In this document: piece by piece, positions 29,347-36,564 of the stretch
Numbering within the stretch: the stretch's first letter is position 1
Layout of the letters: every line of letters begins with the position of its first letter
Origin: an uncultured virus (IMG/VR IMGVR_UViG_3300001041_000010)
Taxonomy: Duplodnaviria; Heunggongvirae; Uroviricota; Caudoviricetes
Virus record (IMG/VR): IMGVR_UViG_3300001041_000010
DNA: 64,000 bases
Reading direction: 5' to 3' (one strand)
Position numbers and translations under genes: made by a program
The notes under the pieces: generated by a model
The model's input: the letters and a program-made list of their open reading frames with translations, nothing else
Told to the model about the DNA's origin: nothing
Databases searched by the model: none

Positions 29347-30216
29347 ATGTATACGCCACAGATTCTATTAATTGAACAACACCGCGGTATCCAGTTATCA
29401 ATGGATTTTAGCCAATGTGACTCCGGCTATACGGAGTCAACACAAATTCAACGGACACTCCATCCTGGTGTCTGGAATCTCAAGATGAAGTCTCGTGATA
29501 ATTCGGGGAAACTAAGTAATACAATTCTTCATCAGATTATTATCCCAGATACCTATGCGGCGACGATACCTAACATCACATTGCCAACCAATGATTTTGA
29601 TACATCAAACCTTCAACTGCAGTCGACGTATGATCATGAGTCTGTCACGATTACATGGAATGTTAATCCACTCTGTTATTATAAGGTTTATCGTGATGGA
29701 GTCTTTATGGATGAAAGTATTAATCTAGGTTATTTTACTGACCCCTTTACTGATTCCTGTCCTCCGGAGCCTCCGGCATTTATCTATCATGGAACAGATC
29801 CTAGTAATAATTTAACTACGGTTGGCTGGCATGAGGCCTATGCCTATATGCAGCATCGTAGTTATCGCGTCGAAGAGTACTGGATTGGTACGGATGACTT
29901 TCATATCACCTCAGACAATGTGACGACGTACTATCAACCCGGTATTAAAGACTACTGGTACGCGCTCTCTGATACTTTAGTTTTTGATGATAGTACGGAT
30001 GTAGCGGGTTATATATTAAGCTATTCTTATAGTTCTTATGGGCCATGGACTAAACTCCATGAAGGACTAGTTCAAAATCAGGAATTCATTACGATGGAGT
30101 TTCCTCCAGGTGATACCCTTTATATTAGCATCTCTGCTGTTGATGCTAACGAGAACTACGGTACCGTTAAGGTTGTTCAAATTACCATGCCGGACGATGG
30201 TCAGATTTATAGATAA
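29347..30216 (+). CDS. FN3-like domain protein (probable virion)
   Basis: VTITWN..YYKVYRDG; VAGY.LSYS; YISISAVD. Confidence 0.55.
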   Translation: MYTPQILLIEQHRGIQLSMDFSQCDSGYTESTQIQRTLHPGVWNLKMKSRDNSGKLSNTILHQIIIPDTYAATIPNITLPTNDFDTSNLQLQSTYDHESVTITWNVNPLCYYKVYRDGVFMDESINLGYFTDPFTDSCPPEPPAFIYHGTDPSNNLTTVGWHEAYAYMQHRSYRVEEYWIGTDDFHITSDNVTTYYQPGIKDYWYALSDTLVFDDSTDVAGYILSYSYSSYGPWTKLHEGLVQNQEFITMEFPPGDTLYISISAVDANENYGTVKVVQITMPDDGQIYR

Positions 30217-30229
30217 AGGAGGGATAACT

Positions 30230-30589
30230 ATGGTATTTGTCTTAATCGCAGTCACAATTATGGTCATCTTAGGTACTCTATGTTTTATGTATCTCATGAA
30301 GCCCGCCAAACCTTATGAGGCTAAGACGGAACCCGAATTTTATCAAGCCAATACAAGACCTAGTTCAGTACAACCCAAAACGACGGTAACTAAGTCTATA
30401 CACTCTGTTAAAATATCGACACCTGCACCAAAGTCTAGTTCTTATAGAAATAACGATGACTATGTACTTCCGTATATGGGTGTGTTTAGTGCTTATGATG
30501 GTGGACATCACCATCATGATCACGGTAATAGCTGTGACTTTGGCGGTTTTGATTCTGGAAGCTGTGATTGTGGAGGGGGATGCGATTAA
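30230..30589 (+). CDS. Membrane-anchored protein with His/Cys/Gly-rich tail
   Basis: ATG after aggagg; N-terminal TM; HHHHDH..SCD...CDCGGGCD. Confidence 0.65.
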   Translation: MVFVLIAVTIMVILGTLCFMYLMKPAKPYEAKTEPEFYQANTRPSSVQPKTTVTKSIHSVKISTPAPKSSSYRNNDDYVLPYMGVFSAYDGGHHHHDHGNSCDFGGFDSGSCDCGGGCD

Positions 30590-31152
30590 TGTTAGTTATC
30601 TTTCAGGGCCCGTCGTGTGCTGGCAAAACAACGTTGACTAAAGCCTGTGGTCTTCCGATTCTTATAACGTATACAACGCGTGAGAAGCGCGTTGATGAGA
30701 CCAATGGTGTTGACTATCATTTTATATCACTCGAAGAATTTAAAGCCTTAGACGCCGAACAGGGCTGGGCTACGTATGAAATTATTCAAGGTGACTACTA
30801 TGGAATGACAAAAGTTCAACTTGAATTGCTGAACTCTAGTAATGTCGATTGTTGTATTGCTTTAAACCGTAAAGGATCGGATGCTTATACGCGGCACGTT
30901 GATAATGTCATTATCATTGGGGTCAAATGTAATGAAGAAGAGATTAAGCGTCGTCTTAAAGAACGCTATGGTTCAGATGAGTTTAACTATTACAAACATT
31001 TCAGAACCTATAATAAAGACGTGGCTAATCTCACCAATTGTGATTTACTGATTAACAATGATCTAGAGTTAGGTGTGGTTGTTGATTTTGTTAAGGCTTT
31101 TATAGCTGAAGCACTACAGGCCGGTGGCCTTCTAATGCCAGACTTTACCTGA
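30589..31152 (+). CDS. gmk: Guanylate kinase-like protein
   Basis: GPSCAGKTT, TYTTR..R.DE.NGVDYHF, GDYYG; TAATG-coupled start at 30589. Confidence 0.8.
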   Translation: MLVIFQGPSCAGKTTLTKACGLPILITYTTREKRVDETNGVDYHFISLEEFKALDAEQGWATYEIIQGDYYGMTKVQLELLNSSNVDCCIALNRKGSDAYTRHVDNVIIIGVKCNEEEIKRRLKERYGSDEFNYYKHFRTYNKDVANLTNCDLLINNDLELGVVVDFVKAFIAEALQAGGLLMPDFT

Positions 31153-31180
31153 TTATTATCGTCGTCTTCGAGCAATAATA
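31151..31180 (+). promoter_or_regulatory. Candidate forespore (sigF/sigG-type) promoter for the SASP gene
   Basis: GATTA-N15-AGCAATAATA versus sigF consensus GYWTA-N15-GGnrAnAnTw. Confidence 0.4.
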
Positions 31181-31208
31181 CTATCATAAATAAAAGGAGG
31201 CGATACAC

Positions 31209-31358
31209 ATGGCGAAGTATAATATGCCCGTTAATAAAGAGGAAACAGCTCGTGAATTAGGAATTCAACTTGGTGCAGATCGCACAAGTCGTGAGAACGG
31301 ATCGGTTGGCGGAAGAATGGTTCGAAAGATCTTTGAACAATTTGGGCCTAGTCGATAA
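31209..31358 (+). CDS. Alpha/beta-type small acid-soluble spore protein (49 aa, not in ORF track)
   Basis: MAKYNMPVNKEETARELGIQLGADRTSRENGSVGGRMVRKIFEQFGPSR matches the SASP signature; RBS aaaggagg. Confidence 0.88.
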   Translation: MAKYNMPVNKEETARELGIQLGADRTSRENGSVGGRMVRKIFEQFGPSR

Positions 31359-31367
31359 ATAACACAG

Positions 31368-31416
31368 ACAAATAGCTCACTAGAAGGGAAATACTTCTAG
31401 TGAGCTATTTGTTTTC
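31368..31416 (+). terminator. Terminator at the +/- convergence
   Basis: acaaatagctcactagaag-N7-cttctagtgagctatttgt followed by T-run. Confidence 0.8.
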
Positions 31417-31547
31417 TGTAATAGATAAGGATTCTTAGAATCTAAATACTTCTTAAGCTGCTCCCAATTTGCTTTATAGATTCTATGAATAAAGGCCTTA
31501 GGATACAATACATTACCTTCTCTATGGTTGATTAGAGATTTATGCAC
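31380..31547 (-). CDS. Small 55-aa hypothetical protein (not in ORF track)
   Basis: RBS aaggag, GTG start, MHKSLINHREGNVLYPKAFIHRIYKANWEQLKKYLDSKNP... Confidence 0.4.
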   Translation of the reverse strand: MHKSLINHREGNVLYPKAFIHRIYKANWEQLKKYLDSKNPYLLQKTNSSLEVFPF

Positions 31548-31665
31548 TGATTGTCAGCTCCTTAATTATAGTACGGTGGTTGGTTCGTTTACTGGTACGT
31601 CGCATCATACGCTAGAATGTATGAAAGACGAGTAGTTTTACTAGGGAGAGTAGGGTCGCACGTTT

Positions 31666-31860
31666 TTAAGAAGGGTGACCAGAGGGAAACCCTGGCGATT
31701 TCGGCTTCGAAACTTTGGACGAACCGGCATTAAGCTTCCGGTAAATATCCACTGAGATAAAACTTACGAGAACCTCTGCAGGAAGATTCCCTGTGAGTTC
31801 ATATTCCTTTATAGCATCTGTTAAGATCTTCTGAACCGCTACAATATCCACGATAATCAC
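31666..31860 (-). CDS. Small hypothetical protein
   Basis: Preceded by aaggag and a sigE-type promoter. Confidence 0.5.
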   Translation of the reverse strand: MIIVDIVAVQKILTDAIKEYELTGNLPAEVLVSFISVDIYRKLNAGSSKVSKPKSPGFPSGHPS

Positions 31861-31884
31861 TCCTTATATCAATCTCTATTACAA

Positions 31885-31913
31885 ATTGTATGAACAATTA
31901 TCCAAAATCATTC
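31885..31913 (-). promoter_or_regulatory. sigE-type promoter
   Basis: GAATGAT-N14-CATACAAT; -10 equals consensus CATACAHT. Confidence 0.6.
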
Positions 31914-31922
31914 CAGTAAGCT

Positions 31923-31960
31923 CATAAACTTTAATAAGGATTTTCTTATTAAAGTTTATG
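31923..31960. terminator. 16-bp hairpin/terminator
   Basis: cataaactttaataag-N6-cttattaaagtttatg. Confidence 0.65.
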
Positions 31961-31981
31961 GCCTATTTCTTTAATAAGACA

Positions 31982-32245
31982 TCAGTTTGCAAGACCATGG
32001 ATCACATAGAGAACGAATAAAACCGCCAGAACTTTACTCACTGTCTCCCATGTAGTGTTAATCTTCGAGCTAAAGTGTTTTAGATTAGGCCTTGTTAAAA
32101 CCCTGCGCTGAACGGCTGGCGGTGTCTGATTCAACACGATAATAATAGGCTGCTTTTCTTTAAGTAGATCCGGAAACAGATCGAGTACTGATTTAACGTC
32201 TGGCTCCTGATTGGGTCTTAGTTTAATAACGTGTGCTTTTGCCAT
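31982..32245 (-). CDS. Small protein with C-terminal TM helix
   Basis: RBS aggagg; VLAVLFVLYVIHGL. Confidence 0.6.
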   Translation of the reverse strand: MAKAHVIKLRPNQEPDVKSVLDLFPDLLKEKQPIIIVLNQTPPAVQRRVLTRPNLKHFSSKINTTWETVSKVLAVLFVLYVIHGLAN

Positions 32246-32257
32246 AATTAATTCCTC

Positions 32258-32332
32258 CTAATGAATTAATTTGTAAATCAATAAACCAATAAACGGTGTT
32301 GCTATAACAAGAATTCCTAGTAATTTTCTCAC
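32258..32332 (-). CDS. 24-aa single-TM peptide (not in ORF track)
   Basis: GTG start after aggtggtgagg; MRKLLGILVIATPFIGLLIYKLIH; stop overlaps next RBS. Confidence 0.5.
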   Translation of the reverse strand: MRKLLGILVIATPFIGLLIYKLIH

Positions 32333-32353
32333 CGCCTCACCACCTTATGATAG

Positions 32354-32434
32354 TAGTATGTCCATGTACCAAAATGTTATACATAAATATATTACAAAAT
32401 ATAATGCATAAATGTAATAGAATTGGTGATACTA
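32354..32434. promoter_or_regulatory. Divergent pair of sigF/sigG-type promoters
   Basis: Minus: GTATA-N14-GGACATACTA (32382-32354); plus: GCATA-N14-GGTGATACTA (32406-32434). Confidence 0.55.
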
Positions 32435-32473
32435 GTATTAAGGTAATGACATAGAATTAAGGGAGGAACTTAT

Positions 32474-32788
32474 ATGATTAAAGCATGGTTTAAAGAGGGT
32501 AGTCGAATGTTAGAAGAATTCAATTACATTAGACAGCAGGCCATCATCGGATTTGCTATCACGAAAGACAAGTGGCTCTACATTGAGTACACGGATTCTG
32601 ATCACCAGTTCACTGCAAGACTGGTAAAGCCTATTAAGTTCTTGCAGTCGAACCAAAAGGGTCATGGATTCTTAGCAAAATGTGAGCTACGAGATTCAAA
32701 CTACAGACACTTTAAACTCCATGGAATTCATAAGATGGTCGTGGTCGACAACATCCTTACCTGGAATGAGAATATGTATCTAGACTAA
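32474..32788 (+). CDS. Stand-alone WYL-domain protein
   Basis: AI.....L.IEY.D.....T.R.V.P.......G.LA.C.LR...R.F.L..I. Confidence 0.75.
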   Translation: MIKAWFKEGSRMLEEFNYIRQQAIIGFAITKDKWLYIEYTDSDHQFTARLVKPIKFLQSNQKGHGFLAKCELRDSNYRHFKLHGIHKMVVVDNILTWNENMYLD

Positions 32789-32790
32789 AG

Positions 32791-32821
32791 AAAGTAGCTA
32801 GGGATTATCCCTAGCTACTTT
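32791..32821. terminator. Bidirectional terminator (15-1-15 palindrome)
   Basis: aaagtagctagggat-t-atccctagctacttt between convergent genes. Confidence 0.8.
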
Positions 32822-33401
32822 ACAAATACCCCATAGGATCAACAGCCAGACCGTTACGTCTTAATTCAAAATGTAAATGAGGCCCAGTGGAATGCCCCGT
32901 AGTTCCACAACTACCAATAGTCTGGCCAGCGACTACGGGATATCCTACTTTAATATCGATACCGGATAAATGACCGTAGATTGATTGCATTCCCTGGTCA
33001 TGGTCGATCACAATCATATTGCCGTAGATATCATCCCATCCTACTTTCGATACGTCACCTTCTCGTGTGGCTTTGACTTTAGTTCCAGCGGGAGCCGCAA
33101 AGTCAAGGCCATGATGATCCTTCCCAGCATACTCTTGTGTGATCTTACCTTTAATCGGTGAATTCCATTTGCCTTGACCGAAGTTTGCAACGCGATCTAA
33201 TGAGTTTTGTATTGAATTTGTCTTAGTTTGAGCGGCCTTAATATAAGGAGTTAGAGTTACGACTGTACTCTTAACAATAATTAGTATTGTTAGAATTATA
33301 ACTCCCTTAGAAAGATCATTAAAACCAAAAGCCTTAAGTATAACGTAAGCGCCGTACGTAAAAACCATCATGAATAAGACTAAACCAATCCACTGGGTCA
33401 T
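32820..33401 (-). CDS. M23/LytM peptidase with N-terminal two-helix membrane anchor (SpoIIIAC-like)
   Basis: Intact HHGLD, YGHL, TGPHLHFE; 2 TM helices at N-terminus. Confidence 0.85.
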   Translation of the reverse strand: MTQWIGLVLFMMVFTYGAYVILKAFGFNDLSKGVIILTILIIVKSTVVTLTPYIKAAQTKTNSIQNSLDRVANFGQGKWNSPIKGKITQEYAGKDHHGLDFAAPAGTKVKATREGDVSKVGWDDIYGNMIVIDHDQGMQSIYGHLSGIDIKVGYPVVAGQTIGSCGTTGHSTGPHLHFELRRNGLAVDPMGYL

Positions 33402-33641
33402 TTATTTATACCCAGCCGTTGCAAAGAAAGCATCGAGTAAAACCTTAGCAGCTCTTAAAACCACACCGACTCCTATGATTGTCACAAGGGTCTGAACAAA
33501 GAGTGCAGACTTACCACTCTCAGTAAAACCAGCAATCTGTTTACCAAGCCATCCTACAAAGGCAAGCATTACAATAACGATAATTGGAAATCCTTCACCA
33601 CCTGGCTTAAAGATGACGTAGGCTGCTTCTCCCATAGCCAC
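33402..33641 (-). CDS. Small two-TM protein, SpoIIIAC/AD-like
   Basis: Size, hairpin topology and I....G..A..V.....I pattern resemble SpoIIIAC (by eye). Confidence 0.45.
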   Translation of the reverse strand: MAMGEAAYVIFKPGGEGFPIIVIVMLAFVGWLGKQIAGFTESGKSALFVQTLVTIIGVGVVLRAAKVLLDAFFATAGYK

Positions 33642-34425
33642 ATTCCTCCTTAAGTTGATCGAGTGTCACCACAGTAAAGTCAAGACCTTCTGAATTATCA
33701 CGCTCTATGGCATCTCTAATCTTTCTGGGATTACCGGTCGTTACGATTAAGATTCTAGGAAACGACTTTGTTTTAGATACCCACCATGATTTCATATAGG
33801 CTTTAGAGAGTTTAAGATTACAATACTTTGGAACCTTCAAGAATTTATTACCGGACTCCTCGATATCAAATTCTATGAATGTAAAATCAATCGTCCTTTC
33901 CATGAGGTTCTCAATCCCAATGAGACCATCCGGTCTTAGTCTAACTTGTGATTCATACTCTTTAACCTCACGATCAAAGCTATAGAATTTCTCACAGCCA
34001 CTGAGCTTATGAATCATCCAAGTAACAATCCAGGTAACTCCTAAGATATGTTCTATTTGATCTAATTTCTTACTCGACGCATTGTAATAATAATAGGGTT
34101 CATTGATTGTATACCGGTCTCTCCTAAGCGGAGGATTTGGATGACGTTTCGTTGACTTACTTAGGATCTGCAATCGTCTTTGACACATCCTCATAGAACT
34201 TGATTTAAAATTCACTAAGTTAATTTGTTCAGTATTAGCGTATTTGACTTGATTAATAAACTTCATGATTTCACGATCCCTATTTACACATCGAATATGA
34301 TTATTTCTTTTTACGGACTGGGAGTTCTGCGGTGCGGGTTGATTTAAAACTGGTATAGAAGGGTATGTTTTGGACGATGGGCGGGCTAATGGCATCAAGC
34401 AACTCCTCCATTCTATCAGGATCAT
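33607..34425 (-). CDS. Replication-relaxation (Replic_Relax) family protein, wHTH plus PD-(D/E)XK
   Basis: RDREI..F......T.QI....F......QRRL..L; EH.L; LRPDG; FIEFD; FP.ILIVT; true start may lie downstream. Confidence 0.75.
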   Translation of the reverse strand: MILIEWRSCLMPLARPSSKTYPSIPVLNQPAPQNSQSVKRNNHIRCVNRDREIMKFINQVKYANTEQINLVNFKSSSMRMCQRRLQILSKSTKRHPNPPLRRDRYTINEPYYYYNASSKKLDQIEHILGVTWIVTWMIHKLSGCEKFYSFDREVKEYESQVRLRPDGLIGIENLMERTIDFTFIEFDIEESGNKFLKVPKYCNLKLSKAYMKSWWVSKTKSFPRILIVTTGNPRKIRDAIERDNSEGLDFTVVTLDQLKEECGYGRSSLRHL

Positions 34426-35497
34426 CAGTTGGCAGACACATGGTCTGAGTTTCTAGCTGATCATCATATTGAAATATTGCACGACCTGGCTTATTAGGAA
34501 TCTGACTTGCTAGTTCATTACCTAAAACGATCATAGAATTCATAGCATCTCGTACATGAAAACACATACTAGCTTGAAACTGAGCACGAGTCTCTGTGAA
34601 GTTAGCAAACGTTTGAGCCGAGGGACGCTGAGTAGAGAATACCAACAGGCAGCCAGCCGCACGGCCAAGGCGAGCAATACGATTTAATAAGATCTGAGCT
34701 TCTTCATTATCAGAGATTTCTGTTAGCTCATCGACAATGACTACAGTAAAGGGCATCGAATTTCCCTTTTTAATATAGTCTTGAATCCTAACACAACGGG
34801 CCTTAGAAAGTATAGCTAATTTACGATCCATCTCACGATTACACGATTGAAGTAAATTCGTGATGTCTTCTTTTTGCGTTACGATCAAAGCATGTTTCTC
34901 TAAATATTTAAACTCCATAAGTTTTAAATCAATGACGACTAAATTCACAAGACCCTTAGGATTCACCATGTTGTTGTGAATTAAATTCATAGCAATCGAA
35001 TGAATCCAGGTTGATTTGCCGGAACCCGGATGACCGGCACACAAGACATTGACCATTGAACTTAAGTCCTTAACAATTTCACCAATCGCTGTATACCCAC
35101 AGTGAATTGGTAGATACATCTTAGGATAAAGAGTTGGATCAAACTTATATGGATAGTAATCTTTAAGTCTCTCAGTTGAAACACACATTTTAATCACCTT
35201 ACCATGACGGCTAATCTGAACGGCACCATCCCCTACGGCATCTGAGAATAATGTTTCCATGGCTTTAAAATCTTTGTAAGCGTAGCCTGCTGGTAGTTTA
35301 ATTAAGAATTCCCAAGCAGTTTTAGTTAACTTAAACTTCTTAAAGATTCGCGGTATCGGTGTCTTGTTGTACTTAAATTTAATTACGTCTTCAATAATTA
35401 ATGCTATATCATGACCTCTCCAGAGTAAAACCAAACGACGTAGGGATTGACTTAATTCTTGACTTGTGCCGTTGTCAACGAATTGATTTTGTTGCAT
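34301..35497 (-). CDS. FtsK/SpoIIIE-family ATPase (no gamma domain)
   Basis: Walker A AGHPGSGKS, VIDLK..EF, VIVDE, RLGRAAG, STQRP, PGRAI; ATG at 35497 after aggaggtg. Confidence 0.9.
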   Translation of the reverse strand: MQQNQFVDNGTSQELSQSLRRLVLLWRGHDIALIIEDVIKFKYNKTPIPRIFKKFKLTKTAWEFLIKLPAGYAYKDFKAMETLFSDAVGDGAVQISRHGKVIKMCVSTERLKDYYPYKFDPTLYPKMYLPIHCGYTAIGEIVKDLSSMVNVLCAGHPGSGKSTWIHSIAMNLIHNNMVNPKGLVNLVVIDLKLMEFKYLEKHALIVTQKEDITNLLQSCNREMDRKLAILSKARCVRIQDYIKKGNSMPFTVVIVDELTEISDNEEAQILLNRIARLGRAAGCLLVFSTQRPSAQTFANFTETRAQFQASMCFHVRDAMNSMIVLGNELASQIPNKPGRAIFQYDDQLETQTMCLPTDDPDRMEELLDAISPPIVQNIPFYTSFKSTRTAELPVRKKK

Positions 35498-35509
35498 AAT
35501 TTCACCTCC

Positions 35510-35574
35510 TAGGACATAATATGCTGTCACATTGTGTCCTATGTTAGTGTATGAGCTCTTTCCGTAACAGATAA
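35510..35574 (-). promoter_or_regulatory. Tandem sigE-type promoters with TAGGACA inverted repeat
   Basis: ACATAGG-N14-CATATTAT (35544-35516) and TTATCTG-N14-CATACACT (35574-35546); TAGGACA-N18-TGTCCTA. Confidence 0.55.
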
Positions 35575-35600
35575 GTTGCCGAAGGCGCTACGCGTACATT

Positions 35601-35635
35601 AAAAAAGCCCCGATGACTTTAATCATCGGGGCTTT
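35601..35635 (-). terminator. Intrinsic terminator insulating the FtsK operon from upstream transcription
   Basis: aaagccccgatga-N6-tcatcggggcttt with T6 on the minus strand. Confidence 0.85.
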
Positions 35636-35649
35636 GGTCGATTGCCGAC

Positions 35650-35775
35650 CTACCGTTTGGAAACATTGAATTTCTCCTGGCAGTCCTTACAAACACATTT
35701 CTCCAGGAATCGTTGTTTGTCTACGACATCAACGTTCGTAGAATTACATTTGGGGCAGGTGATAGTTGGCGTCAT
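35650..35775 (-). CDS. 41-aa zinc-ribbon protein (not in ORF track)
   Basis: MTPTITCPKCNSTNV...CVCKDCQEKF; RBS aaggaggag. Confidence 0.65.
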   Translation of the reverse strand: MTPTITCPKCNSTNVDVVDKQRFLEKCVCKDCQEKFNVSKR

Positions 35776-35844
35776 AAAAACTCCTCCTTCATCGCACCGT
35801 GGACTCTAGGGTGTTCCCTAGTATGATCTTGGCTTTCGCCAGGA

Positions 35845-36237
35845 TTACCTGTTGTAAACATCTTTAATGATCGTGTTTAGAACACCGAGACTTGCTTCAA
35901 ACATTGGTAGATATTCTAATTTACGTTTCTCAAGTTCTTCACGGCCTTCCTTAGAAATACTATAGAAGCGACGAGTCTTCTTATCGGACTCTTGATTATC
36001 CCAAAATCCGTGAACCCATCCAGATTTTTCGAGATCTCTAAGGATTGGATAGACAAGACCATGAGAAGGTTTCCAATTTGATTCTAGCTTAGTGGTTATA
36101 TCATCAACGATCTGCTTACCATAAAGGTTCTCTCGACCGGATAACATCCACAAGATATAGACCATGAGAAACGATGTGGTACCCATCTTCATTGGAAATA
36201 ATCGATTATAACTTCCCTGGTAATCTAACTCTGCCAT
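35845..36237 (-). CDS. PadR-family transcriptional regulator
   Basis: LYG..I.......W.PS.G.VYP.L..LE..G.V...W.....RR.Y.I...G. Confidence 0.88.
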   Translation of the reverse strand: MAELDYQGSYNRLFPMKMGTTSFLMVYILWMLSGRENLYGKQIVDDITTKLESNWKPSHGLVYPILRDLEKSGWVHGFWDNQESDKKTRRFYSISKEGREELEKRKLEYLPMFEASLGVLNTIIKDVYNR

Positions 36238-36263
36238 TGTTGTAACCTCCTAATGTTAATTCT

Positions 36264-36318
36264 GACATAGTATATTACTAATATGTCTGGATTATACATT
36301 AGACTGTCCATAATAACA
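36264..36318 (-). promoter_or_regulatory. sigA-type promoter and GACATA-N12-TATGTC inverted repeat (candidate PadR operator)
   Basis: TTGTTA-N17-TATAAT; inverted repeat just downstream of -10. Confidence 0.5.
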
Positions 36319-36333
36319 AGACAAATTACGACA

Positions 36334-36564
36334 TCATTCGATTAATACATCGTTTACGCTTACCGTTTCTTCACATTCAGGGCAGAGGTATATAAGCGTG
36401 ATCGTCGTACTGCTTGGGATAGGAGTGAGTCCGATGGATCCATCATCGTTGAAGACAGCCTTACCTGAAACAGTAGACACAGGTCTGCCATCGAAGCTAA
36501 GCTCTTGAAAGTTAACGACGTTACCCTTATAGCCACAGTGAAAACATTGGGCCACATTAAACAC
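36334..36564 (-). CDS. Zinc-ribbon protein
   Basis: CFHC...CPEC. Confidence 0.55.
   Translation of the reverse strand: MFNVAQCFHCGYKGNVVNFQELSFDGRPVSTVSGKAVFNDDGSIGLTPIPSSTTITLIYLCPECEETVSVNDVLIE

Noticed and set aside
32375..32420. dif/Xer site near the strand convergence and FtsK
   Set aside because: Only a loose AT-rich resemblance, with no proper TTATGTTAAA arm; better explained by the divergent promoters.
35790..35845. c-di-GMP-I riboswitch
   Set aside because: Has a GAAA-capped hairpin but lacks the GGCAAA/GACGCAAA core and P1.
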